Made by a program: the position numbers and the translations under genes. A stretch of 64,000 nt of DNA from Dictyostelium discoideum (taxonomy: Eukaryota): NCBI GenBank assembly GCA_000004695.1, contig CM000151.3, positions 8,320,001 through 8,384,000 of the forward strand. Reading direction: 5' to 3'. Within the stretch, counting starts at the first letter, position 1. Each line of letters starts with the position of its first letter. The notes under the pieces are model-generated. The model saw only the letters and a list, made by a program, of their open reading frames with translations. It did no database searches and was not told where the DNA came from. Below, piece by piece: positions 1 to 17,295 of this stretch.

Positions 1-2
1 AT

Positions 3-90
3 ATGAATAATAACAATAATATGAATAATATCAATAATAACAATATAAATCATAATAATAATAATTTTAACAATAATAACAACAATAACA

Positions 91-126
<36 letters not shown>

Positions 127-186
127 TGAATGGTGGCTATAATAATTACTCAAATTATCAAAATAATAATAGTAATAATAACAACA

Positions 187-249
<63 letters not shown>

Positions 250-1865
250 TGAATAATGGTTTTAATAATAATAATAATTTTAATAATAATAATTTTAATA
301 ATAATAAAAATAATATTATTAATAACAATAATAATAATATTAGAAACAGTGGTGATGGACCATATTATAATTCAACAAATACAGTAAATAATAATAATAT
401 AAGAATGGAAGTAAAGAGTAATAATGAAGATAATCCAGTTTCATCTAAACCAGTAATGATTGGAGATACAAGTTTTACATTAACATTAATTAATGATTTT
501 GTTAGACCATTTCCTGAACAAGTTATTGCATTAAAAGAGACAACATTCTATTTGAGAATTAATGTTAGTGGAGGAGCAGCAAATTCAGTAATCAATCAAG
601 ATACATTAAAGAGATTATCTGGTAAAGCGGTTGTAAAAGGTACACATGAAGATATAACAGCAACCTCACCAAATGATTCATTTAAACTTCATCAAGATGT
701 TAAATCTGAACAAGGTGTTCTCCAATTTGATGTTAAAATTAGAAATCAAGGTGTAAATACTCCATCCCATTTGGTGTTGATATTTCATTTAATTGATCAT
801 GGTTCCATTGTTCATTCGATTGAATCTAAAAGGATTTCATTTTTTACCCGTTCAAAATATGCACCCTATTTACCAATCTTTTATATAATGCAATCAAAAA
901 ATTGTTTTTTACCACTCTCAAGATCATTGTACAGAAATAATACAGAATCAAATACTAATACCAATAATAGTAGTAGTAGTAATAATAATAGTAATAATAA
1001 TAATAATAATAATACTTATGGTGGTGGTAGTAGTGGAAGTGATAATTCATCACCATCAACGCCATCTTCACCTACAATTATTGATAATGATGATGAAACT
1101 TCAACAACAACAGCAATAGTTGTTAGTGAAGGTAGTAGTAGTAAAGAAAAAGTTGCAGATCAACAAAATCCATCAAATTCTTCATTATCAGAGGATCAAT
1201 TAAGAACAAATAGAGATGATATATTGAGATTAAATTTGAAGACCATTCAAAAATTAGTACGTGTTTATAAAGGTGATTATAATGTAAATATTGAAATACC
1301 ATCAAGTAAAAAAGGTGGATTATGTGAAGAACTCATTCAAAATCATTCCGAAGCATTATTACGTTACCATTATTATAATATAATGGATGAAATTAGGTCA
1401 CAGGGAGATGTGGATGTTAAAGATCCTGTTACAATCACTCAAAACCCTTCCGATGCTCAAGATGGTACTGGTCTTTTAATTTTTAGTAAAGATTTCAATT
1501 TGGAATTGAAATATTTGAATATTTATTTCATAGATTTATCAACAAATAGAATATTGTTAGTCTTTAAACATGGTTATGATGGTCCTGATAAAAGTAAGAA
1601 TATATTACGTGTTTTAGATTATCAAGGTAATATTTCCTCTTGTATAGTTAAAATTCAATTACCTTATATAAAATCTTTATTCTCTCAAGATCCAAATGGT
1701 CCTCCTGTAGTTTATAATTTAATTGCTTTTACAACTCATCATGATATTGGTGTTGAAGGTGAAATTTGGAATAAACCTGATGAATATTCTTTAGATCAAG
1801 GGAGAGCTAAAAAAGTTGTAAGATTTGCTCAAGATGGTTATAGATTCACATTAATTTCAAAATAA
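3..1865 (+). CDS. Asn-rich hypothetical protein; 5'-partial, the gene starts upstream of the window
   Basis: 620-codon open frame from the window edge with typical Dictyostelium poly-N low complexity. The globular C-terminal half (…LVFKHGYDGPDKSKNILRVLDYQGN…) has no fold I recognise. Stop at 1863-1865. Confidence 0.5.
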
Positions 1866-2083
1866 TTAAAATAATAAATAATAATAATAAAAGATATATT
1901 TTTTTTTTTTACCATAAGCACAAGTGGTAATATTGTAAAAAACCAATCATACTTTGTTTTTTTTTTTTTTTTTTATTTTTTAAATGTTTTTTTTTTTTTT
2001 TATTTTTTTTTTTTTTATTTTTTTGATCAAAGCAGTGTTCTAAAAATAAATATAAAAAAAAATAAATAAAAAATAAAAAAAAA

Positions 2084-3474
2084 ATGATAACAGAAGCATC
2101 AGAACAAGAAAAGATTTTAGATATATTATTTGAAGAAAAAAAAGAAAAAGTTGCATTCGTATGTGGTAACACATACCAAGATAATCCAGATTATAGGAGA
2201 TTATCAAAGGTAGAAAATGATGTAATAAAAATGACTGAAGTATTAACTAAATGTGGATTTAAATGTTATCAATGTTTAAATAAAGATTCAATTCTTATTC
2301 AATTTGATAAATTTTTAAAAAGTATCGTATTTGGACTTCATATGGAGATTGTATTTTATTTTTCAGGTCATGGATTTGTAGGAAATAATAATAATAATAT
2401 TAATAATAATAATATTAATAATAATAATAGTAATAATGAAGATAAATTTATGGGTAAAAAACATCTTTTATTAGTAAACAATATAAAGAGAAATAATGAA
2501 AATGAATTACCATTGAATAAGAGATATGCATCTTTAATTGATATAGTTAAAAAATTAGAAGCAAAAGAAGCAATTATTAGAACTCGTCAAAGAAAGAAAT
2601 TAGATGAAGATTTTCAAGAGGCTTATCAACCTATTGATGAAAATGCATCAACTGAAGAAAAGGAAAAAAACCAACAAAAGAAAAAATTAAATTCAATGTT
2701 TTTAGATATAGAATTTAGAAAAGTTTTTATTTTAGATTGTTGTAGAAATGATTTAAATTTAAAAAATTATATTGAATCTGAAAAACTTGAAAATATGGAA
2801 AGACCAGGTATATATATATATATATATATTTAAAAAATAACAGTATTAGTAAAATTTAATTTATTTACTAATTATTTTTTTATAAAATAGATACAGCATT
2901 TTTATATGGATGTACACCTGGGAGTGTTAGTTATATATTATCAAATGATGAAAACTCTTTATTGACGTCATGTTTTTTACGTAGAATTCAAAGTGATGAA
3001 AAAAAAGAAAAAAGTAGAAATTTATCAAAAATTGCTAAAGTTATTCAAATTGATATTGCAAATAAATTGAGTGGTTTAAAATCATGGGGTAGGGATGTTA
3101 AAGATTGTTTTGATAATTTAAAAAAATTAACTATTACTTCTGAAACTACTACTACTACTTCTACTACTACAACCCTTACTGAAACTGATAATGAAAGCTC
3201 ATCTAATCAAGAAAAGAGAGTTTTCAATGCAACTTTTTCAATAGAAGCAGCAGCAGCAACAACAATAGAACAACTTAACTCAAAAATTATTCAAAATGAA
3301 AATGAAATTGAAATTGAAAAAGAAAAAGAAAAACAAATTGAAAAAGAAAGAATTGAATTAATTGGAGATATACCACCAGAAATATTTAGTAAAATTTTAA
3401 AAGTGAAAACAAATTTATTATATGGTGATATTACTATGGGCAATTTTATATTTTATGACCAAAAAAAAAAATAA
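2084..3474 (+). CDS. pcp: Caspase-fold (paracaspase-like) protease. Exons 2084..2807 and 2891..3474; intron 2808..2890 is phase 1.
   Basis: ATG at 2084 after an A-run. The catalytic dyad motifs YFSGHGFVG (His) and FILDCCRN (Cys) match the MALT1 paracaspase H/C context. Splicing with the GTATAT donor and AAAATAG acceptor gives …ERPG-D-TAFLYGCTPGSVSY…, which aligns with the MALT1 post-Cys block. Confidence 0.65.
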
Positions 3475-3638
3475 AAATTGATTTAAAACATGATGATCTA
3501 ATATAAAAAAAAAAAAAAAAAAAATAATAAAAAATCATAGCGGTTACATTCGTTTTTTATATTTTATATTATTTGGGGTATTTTTGAGTGTTCCATTTAT
3601 ATATACTAAAAATAAATAAAATTAAATCGTTAGAAAAG

Positions 3639-3676
<38 letters not shown>

Positions 3677-3687
3677 AAATGAAAAAG

Positions 3688-3735
<48 letters not shown>

Positions 3736-3827
3736 TCACTGATTTTTTTTTTTTATAATTTTTTTTTTTTTTTTTGTATGTTCTTTGTGAACAAATAATG
3801 CTCATTTTAAGCAAACTATTAAACTAA

Positions 3828-8506
<4,679 letters not shown>

Positions 8507-8999
8507 AAATAAAAATTTAAAACAACCTCATTGCCACTTAAATATATAAAACCATTACCATTACTATTTGTTATAACAAATTTATGAAATTTATATAAAT
8601 ATGAAAAATAATAAAAATAAATTTTAATAATTTGGTGATTTTTTTTTTTTGATATTAATTAATTATGAGTTAAAAAATAATATTATATTATGGAAAATAA
8701 AGGAAAAAAGAGTTTATTAATTTTTATTAAACCAAAATGGTTAAATTTAATCCGATTTGGGAAAAAAAAAATATATAAATTCTTTTTTCCCTCCATTTTT
8801 CATTTTTTTATTTTTTTTTTATTATTAAATTGTTTTTTTTTTTATTATTAAATTGGTTTTTTTTATTATTTAATTAGTTTTTTTTTTCATTTCTTCTCAA
8901 AACCAAAATATTTTCACAAACACTATTCATTTAGTTATTCAACCAATATTAATTAATTTTATTATCATCATCTAATATTACTTTTTAATCATTATTTAA

Positions 9000-11264
9000 A
9001 TGCCAAAATTCTCAGATTATAGTTCATTATTAGCCCATTTAAAACAATGTGTAGAAAAAGGAAGTAAAGAACATACCAACGCTGCTATAGTAGATTATAT
9101 TAATTGCTATTCTGATTTAGAAATTGAAGAAAGTCAGGATGACAAAATAAATAATCAGTCAATCAAAAAAGAAATTGAACCAATTATTTATTCATTGATT
9201 GCCAATACATTCAAGGGAACACAAGTACTAAATACAAACAACAATGCTTCCACGTCTCCAATCACTGCAACATCAGATAATACACCACCTCCAACACCTA
9301 ACTTTACACCAGCGTCACCTGAATCAATTTTAAAAAAACCAAAGCCAATCCCATTAAGATTTAGCACCAATGGCGTAATAAATTCTTGTGAAAAAAATAC
9401 AAAGTACTATTACCTTGACCCAAGAGAATGTGAAGAATTAAAAAATAAGATGATATTAGGTCAATTTATATTGTTTTATGGAACAAGGTCATCAGGGAAG
9501 ACTACAACCTCCATTACTGTATGTGAACTTCTCAATAGTATTAAAGGTCATTTGTCTATTTTGTAAGTAACCATAACAAATTCATACCTTTTTTATGTAC
9601 AAATCGAATGACATTTATATTTTTTTTTTAAAAATTACAATCTAAAGTATCGACCTTCAAGGTCAAGTTATAAATAGTTCTTTAGATTTTTGGAAAGTGT
9701 TAATCAATTCAATTAGAATGCAATTAAGTATTGATACACCAACCACTAAAGAAATTGATGAAATGAGCATACGTCAATTAAAGGATTTAATTACCTTCAA
9801 TAATAGGAAATCGTTATTATTCAATAAAAAGGATGTCCATTTATTTATAGATGAATTTAATAATATCTCTGATGGAGGTGAAGAAACGATAACTCAAGTT
9901 TTATCGGATTTTAGGGAATGGAAAAATCAATCATCTTTATCAGCGATTAAAGTAAGTACTAATGCTAAAAAAAATGATAAATCGTTATAACCCTTTTCTA
10001 TAAATGATTAAATAATTAACCATTTTTACAAAAATAGTCTCTTATGGTCATTGGAACCTTTTCGATTTTAGATTTTAATACCTCAAATACAAATACTTCT
10101 CCATTCAATATTGCTCAAAGTTTTAAAGTTTTAAATTTTCAAAAAGAAGAGGTTGAGATATTATTTTCAAAATTTCAGAAATCTAGTGGTGTAGAAATTT
10201 ATCCACAAGTTATTGATGATATATTCATTATTACCAATGGCCATAAAGGACTTGTCAATTTAGTTGGAGAGATTATTCAAACTTCTCTTGAACCAAATAT
10301 TACAAAAAATGTATGGGATCATTTAATTAATAAGCAATTAATGATAAAATTATCGAAATACAAAACTGTAACAAGTATGACTCGTTGTTTAAACACTGGT
10401 TCAATTGATTTTTTAAAGACAATTAAAGATATTTTATTTAAATCCTACTATTCAGATACACCAATAAGCAAAACAATTGAATCGAATTACCTTGCACATG
10501 AAGGGATTTTATCTCAAGAGTAAGTATCATGATTTAGTTTATTAAACCAATATAATTTATTAATATTTTTTTTTTTAAAAAAAAAAAGTATTGAAGAAAT
10601 AAATGTTTTTAATTTTTCATCAAATATAATAAAAAATTTGGTTCTTCACCACCTCAGATCAAAAACAGCTATCGTAGGTTCTGTTCCATTTATAGGAGAC
10701 AATAAAGAACGTATTGATGTCCAACAATTAATTATTAATGCCGCCAAACAAATTAGTCCTTTAATTATAATCAACGCAATTCAAAGAAGTTTTAAAAAAT
10801 GTACCATTAGAACATCACAATTTGGACAAAAAGTTCCATGTGAATTTATTTACACAAATGAAATGTCAATTTATTTGACATTAATTATCAGTGAACGTGC
10901 AAATTCCAATTCACGTTACTATATCTCACCAAATAATAATATATTATACAATAAAAAAACATATAGACCCGATCTTGTAATTGGCAATGAATTATTGGGT
11001 CGTTATGTAATATTGGAGTTTGTCGCTACATCATCTAATGAAGACGTAAATGGACACATAGAAAGAACTCGCCTCTATATTGAAAACTATCCTGGTGCAA
11101 CTGAGGGTTGGGTAATTCATTTTACAATGGTTCGTGTCTCTAAAACATATCAATACCCAAAAGTACCAGTCAAGTATACAAAAGTTGGAATAATTCATAT
11201 TTACCATGATGAAAAATATTCAAATTTGGAATTCACCATTTATCCACCCGTAACCCAAAGTTAA
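9000..11264 (+). CDS. P-loop ATPase of archaeal/bacterial Arch_ATPase type, with a C-terminal DUF234/PD-(D/E)xK-like domain (tentative). Exons 9000..9562, 9648..9951, 10038..10519 and 10589..11264.
   Basis: Exon 1 ends in …LDPRECEELKNKMILGQFILFYGTRSSGKTTTSITVCELL… (Walker A GxRxxGKTT). The splice GTAAGT…CTAAAG (phase 2) restores …FIDLQGQ…. A Walker B-like VHLFIDEFNN is in exon 2. Introns 2 and 3 are GTAAGT…AAAATAG (phase 0) and GTAAGT…AAAAAAG (phase 2). The C-terminal exon carries YRPDLVIGNELLGRYVILEFVATS, which resembles the EIDIV…vEvK nuclease-like core of DUF234. Confidence 0.55.
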
Positions 11265-11504
11265 AAAAAAAAAAAAAAAAAAATAAAAGAAATAGTTTCT
11301 AAAAAATAATATTAAAATACAAGATTTTTCTTTTTTAAATTTATTGTGTTTTCTTTAAGTTTTTCTTCTTCATTTTTCTCTCTTTGTGGAAAATATATAT
11401 TTTTGGAATATGTTTAAAAAATAAAATAAAAAACCAGTTTCTTTTTTAAAATATTATTACAATGTTTATTTTATAATTTTTTTTTTATGATTAGTTTGTG
11501 TGTG

Positions 11505-11536
<32 letters not shown>

Positions 11537-11576
11537 ATATTCGCTACTGTTGCATTAAAATTAATTTTTTTTTTTT

Positions 11577-13240
11577 TTACTGTTCTATATTTTCATCACC
11601 ACTGTTAGCACTTATATTAAGATTTTGTAAAGAAGAATGAGGAGATAAAGCTGGAGAAGAAGGATGTTGGGTTGGAGTTGAAGAGGAAGAACTATGTTTG
11701 GAACTATTATTATTATTATTTGATTGTTTTTCAGTAGGTGGTGGATCATCAGCTTCTAAAGAACCTAAAGCATGAGTAAACACTGATAATTGTTCACGAT
11801 CTCTACTAAGGTAAGAACCAGAGATATGTAAATAATGACGTTTAATAAATGATTGAATCACTGGGATATCTTGTTGATAAACTTCATTCAAAGTGATTGA
11901 AGAATCCCATTCAGTAAGATCCGATTGTTTAACTTGATCAAAGAATGTAGTGATCACTGGTTTCCAAGCATCCATTGATTCATTCAATTGTTGTGAACCT
12001 AAAATACTAGCCATAAATGATTGATTGGTACCGAAATTCACAAACATTGTAGATAAGAATGCCAATACCTCCAATGCTTGATCCGATGGTATAACATGGA
12101 ATAATTGATGTTGATGTGGTCTTGCAACAACTGGTGCAAATACTCTACTAAATAATAAACATCCAATTGGTGGTGATTTTGAACCTGGTGATAATTTATT
12201 TAATCCATTTTGAATTTCAATTGATGCTTTTTTAAATGGTCTATAAATAATTAATAATAAATAATTAATATTTAGAAATTTATATAGATATTATTAATAA
12301 TAATAATAATAATTAAACTTACGGTGGTAAATATTCACAAGAACCTTGGAAAATATTTAAAACATATTCAAATTCTGCTATTAAATTTGTAATACCTTGT
12401 TGAGTATTAATACGATAATTATCATGATAATTTATAATATTTGTAATTGATTGATCGAATAAATATTTCAAATAAGGTGTAGATGATGGTAAATTTGCAA
12501 TCTCTTCAATGAATTCACAAGAAACTATATCATATGGTAAGAATGTACCAGTCATTGAAATATTTGGTAAATCCGATTGTACCATCATTATCAATAATTC
12601 AGATAATTGTCCTCTTGCTTCAAATATACGCACTAAATTTGGTATGAAATGAATTGGTGGTGGTGGTACAACAATTGGTGTATTTGGTGGTGGTGGTGGT
12701 GGAAATAATTCATTCTTTCTAATCTCTGATAATAATTTCCATAAATAAAATGGTGGTGATACTAATAACTATATATATATATATAAAATATATTAATAAT
12801 TAATATTTTAATCATGATATTGAATTTAAAATAAAAATAAAAATCACATACATCGATAATTGGTTGATGTTTTAAATCTTCTTCTTTTTGTAATTCTAAA
12901 ACTCTTCTTGCATCTCTTTCAATACTTTCTTTTTGGAAATAATCTTGTTCATTAAGACACCAAGTTCTTAAACTATCGATATAAGTTTTAATACCTGCAT
13001 ATTCTGCATAAGCATTACCATTTAATAATTGCATAGATTCATAATGTAATACTAATAAATCAAGAAATTCTGTATGCATTCTATTCTCTGTATCTGTTAA
13101 ATAATATATATATTCATTCTTTACATTTTCATAATTTTGTTTTAATTTTGATTTTTCTTTTTCATACTAAGAAAATAAAATAAAATAAAATAAAATAAAA
13201 TAAAATAAAATAAAATAAAATAAATATTTTGTTTTTTTTG

Positions 13241-13271
<31 letters not shown>

Positions 13272-13980
13272 ATAATAATAAAATTAAACTTACATTATAA
13301 ATTTTAAGAATATCAATTTTCTTTTGAGTTTGTTGATGTTTAATTTTTGAAATTATATTTTCATATTCTTGTACAGCTTTATCAAACTTTTTTCTATATT
13401 GTTTTTTTTCATCGATTGCACCAATTAATATTTGAATTGGTTTAATTAAACCTTCCATCACTGAATTGATCCATTCTGATTCGAACCCACTAGTTTTTGT
13501 AATTGAACTTGTGAATTGTTCTAATGCTCTAATGAAACCAAGATTAGAATCAGAGGTTGATGTTTCACCATTACCATTGGCTGCTGCTGCTTGTTGTTGT
13601 TGTTGATAAACTTGTTGAGCTGAACTTGAATGAGTAGTTGATTTTTCATAATCTTTTGAGAATGATTGTGACCATTTGACTTGAGTTTTAGCAAACTGTT
13701 CACCACGATCATAATAATTTTTACAACTTTTTATAATATCATTTAATAAGACTTTGATATCATTTAAATTCTTTTCTGATAATTTAATTTCACTTGGTTC
13801 GATCACTTTTTCATTGATAGCTTCTCCAAATGGTGTATTGATTATTGATGTATCTGGACTACTACCACCACTATTACCATTACCACTTGTGTCAATATAA
13901 ACACTACTTCTATCACCTGCTGTTCCACCTGTCATATTCATAGAACTACTTTTTCTTAATAAATTTGTAAATTTTGACAT
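11577..13980 (-). CDS. Coiled-coil (BAR-like) protein with a divergent RhoGAP-like C-terminal region (tentative). Exons 13294..13980, 12852..13166, 12323..12768 and 11577..12240.
   Basis: ATG at 13980. Donors are AAT|GTAAGT, GAT|GTATGT and CC|GTAAGT, with acceptors …CTTAG, …ATATAG and …TTTATAG. The phases are 0, 0 and 2 and all are frame-consistent. The C-terminus contains NQSFMASILGSQQL, which resembles the RhoGAP N-x-M-x-A-x-NLA-x-x-FGP block. No arginine finger is evident. Confidence 0.5.
13173..13224. repeat. (TAAAA)n pentanucleotide repeat of about 10 units within intron 1 of the minus-strand gene
   Basis: Direct tandem repeat seen in the sequence. Confidence 0.85.
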
Positions 13981-14310
13981 TTTATTATTTTTCTATTTTT
14001 CTATTTTTTATTTTTTTTTTTATTTTTTAAACTATCTAACCGCTACTAGTAGATTTTTTTTTTTTTTTTTTTTTTTTTTCTAAAAGAATTATTATTATAA
14101 AAACTAAACTTTGCTGTTTTCTTTTTTTTTATGTATTTTTTATTTTTAAAAAAAGAAGAAAATTATTTTTTATTTTTTATTTAAATTCTTTTTTTTTTTT
14201 TTTTTTATTTTATTTTATTTTATTTAATTATTTTTATTATTACAAAACCCAATCTTAAATTTTTTTTACTATTGTTTCAAAAAAAAAAAAAAATAAAAAA
14301 AAACTTAAAT

Positions 14311-14336
14311 GTGTGTGGGAAGGGGGAGGGGGTGTG
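14311..14336. promoter_or_regulatory. G-rich box (GTGTGTGGGAAGGGGGAGGGGGTGTG) in a 1.8-kb divergent intergenic region. It resembles Dictyostelium G-box/GBF-type elements.
   Basis: An isolated GC-rich island inside A/T homopolymer sequence. It lies about 330 bp upstream of the minus-strand gene start (13980) and about 1.5 kb upstream of the plus-strand gene start (15817). Confidence 0.25.
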
Positions 14337-14580
14337 AAAATAAAATAAAAAATATATAAAAAAATAAATCACAAAATGGGTGAGAATAAACTAATAGATA
14401 TTATTTTATTATTACAACAAATAAATTTAATATCACAATATTAATGAAATTATTGTGATGTGTTATTGAATATATTATTAGTTATTAAAAAAAAAAAAAA
14501 AAAAAAAAAAGTAATAAAACAAAATAAAAAAAAGATATAATTCAAGAAAAAAATAGGTTTTTTTTCACTCCTTGACTAAA

Positions 14581-14613
<33 letters not shown>

Positions 14614-15011
14614 ATCAAGGTTTTGTAAAACATTATTTGAAAATTTTGAAAAAAAAAAAAAAATCGATTTGTGTGCCATTAGAAAAAAAAAATAATAAAA
14701 AATAAAATAAAATAAAAAAAATATAAAATAAAAAAAAAAAAAAAAAAAAAAAAAAGCCATTTCCAAAATATCTAAAACAATGGAAAAAGCAAAGATATAA
14801 TTTTATAATGTTTATGGGTTGGAAACCACATTTTATTGAAAATATCCATCAGTGTAGTTGTCCAACCAATAAAAAAAAAAAAAAAAAAAAAAGTTCAAAA
14901 ATTGACTAAAAGAATCACAAAATAAAGAAAACAAATAATATTAATATTATTCTTTTTTATTTTTATTTTTATTTCCTTTTTTTTTTTTTTTTTTTTTTTG
15001 CTTACTTTAGT

Positions 15012-15046
<35 letters not shown>

Positions 15047-15816
15047 TGTGACACCGTATTTAAGTGTACACCAATGTTATATATTCTAAAAATTAGGAAT
15101 ATAAGAGTTATATATGTATTTTTTTTTTTTTTTTTGTTTTATTTCTTCTTTTAGATGTAACTGTAGGAAAAGAAAATTCTAAAATTCTCACCGTCAAATC
15201 CAACACATTTTAAAAAGTCAACAAAATTATTTGGTTTTGAAAAAAAATAAAATAAAATAAAAATAATTTACTTAAAAAACAAAAAAATTCATTTAAAAAA
15301 AAAAAAAAAAAAAATAAAATTTTTGAATTGTTTTTTTTTGTGTAATCAAGAAATTATTTCATTTTTTTAAGATGATTTTCCAAATTGGTGGAATAATAAA
15401 AATGTAACCCCCTAAACTAAACAATTTCTGACTGCCCTTCAATGAAATGAAAAAAAAGTAAAAAATAAAATAAAAAATAATAATTATGAAAAAAAAAAAA
15501 AAAAAAAATTTTTTAAAAAAACAAAAAAAAAAAAAAAAAAATAAATATAAACCAACAAAACAAAACAGTTAATCAAAATTTTTTTTTTTTTTTAAATAAG
15601 TTATTTATATATATATATAAATATATTTTTTTTTAAAAAAAAAAAGAAAAAAAAAAAAAAAACATTACAAACAAAAAAATTAGATTTTAAACCAACCGAA
15701 CTTTCACCCTTTTTTTTATTTTTACCACTTTTTTTTTTTTTTTTTTTTCCTCACTCACGCAAAAAGAAATAATCAATCTCAGCCACGTGTGTATATGGGA
15801 AAAACAGAGATATAAA

Positions 15817-15966
15817 ATGTCATCAAATTATTTGGATGGCTCCAGTTATATTGGTGATTGTAATAATAATGATAACAATGAAAACAGTGATTCATTAACA
15901 AGTAGTTATATCGATGATAACTCTGAAAATAATGATACCTATAAATACAAAAGTACAATTAAAACT

Positions 15967-15998
<32 letters not shown>

Positions 15999-17227
15999 TA
16001 ATAATAATACTAAAACTACTGCAAAAAAAGAAGCAACAAATACAAATATAAATTTTAAAAATGTAAATAATATAAAGATAAGTAATATTAGTATGGAATC
16101 ATTTGCATCTAGTACTGGTAGTAGTGTAAATTTTACATCTACCGATTCTGAACATCAATCACGTGCAAATAATGAAAATATATGGTATTTCTTAAAGAAT
16201 GAATGTTATGATACTATAAAGAATATTGGTGATTTTAAATCTTATCAAGAAAAACAAGAGAATAGATCAGTTTGTTCCTATATCATAGATCCATCAACAT
16301 CTGGTTCATCATATAGTAAAATCTATTCAAGTAGTGGTGGTGGTGGTAGTAATGATATTGATCAACCATCAACTTATTCCGATAATGTTTATTCTTCAAA
16401 TTTAAGAGGTGTCAGTAGTATTAGCGCTAGTAATCCAAATTCCTATGGTGGTGGTGTTGTAAATAGTAGTGGTGGTAGTTTATATAAAATGAGTTCGTCA
16501 TTATATGGTGGTAGCAATTATAATAATAATAACAATAATAACTATAATAGTCAGCCACAATCTTCACTTTATGCAACTAAAGACTCTTTATGGAGAAGTG
16601 AATTAAATGGTAAATAAATCATCAATCCCATCCTCATTATAATTAAAATAATAATTACTAACTTAATTCATATTGATATTATTATTATTATTATTATTAT
16701 TATAGATTCAACATCATCAGCATCGGGATTGAATAGACTACAACAACAACAACAAGAAAGACCTGCAGATAGTTCATTAAGTAATTTAGTATCATATATG
16801 TCATTAACAGCTAGTAGCGGAAGTAATGGATTACAATCATCTATTGGTAGTAATAAATCATCAGGTGGTGGTTCATATATTGAACAATATTTAGAACCAA
16901 ATTCACCTGTATTAAATAGCAGTGGTGGTGTTGGTGCTAATAATATTTATAATAATAGTTACTTAAATTCAAGTAATAATTATTTAAATAATAATAATAA
17001 TAATTATTTAAATAACAGTAATGCTGTTGTTAATAATAGTAATACTACTACTACTACTAATAATAATAATAATTCAGGATATCATTATTTATTCCATAAT
17101 AATAATTCATATTCTGATAGATCATCACCGTTATCATCACAATCAAATATCCATAATTCATTCTCTTCATCTGTTGGTTCATCAGCTTCTTCATTATCTA
17201 ATAGTAATAGTAGTAGTAGTAGTAGTA

Positions 17228-17295
<68 letters not shown>

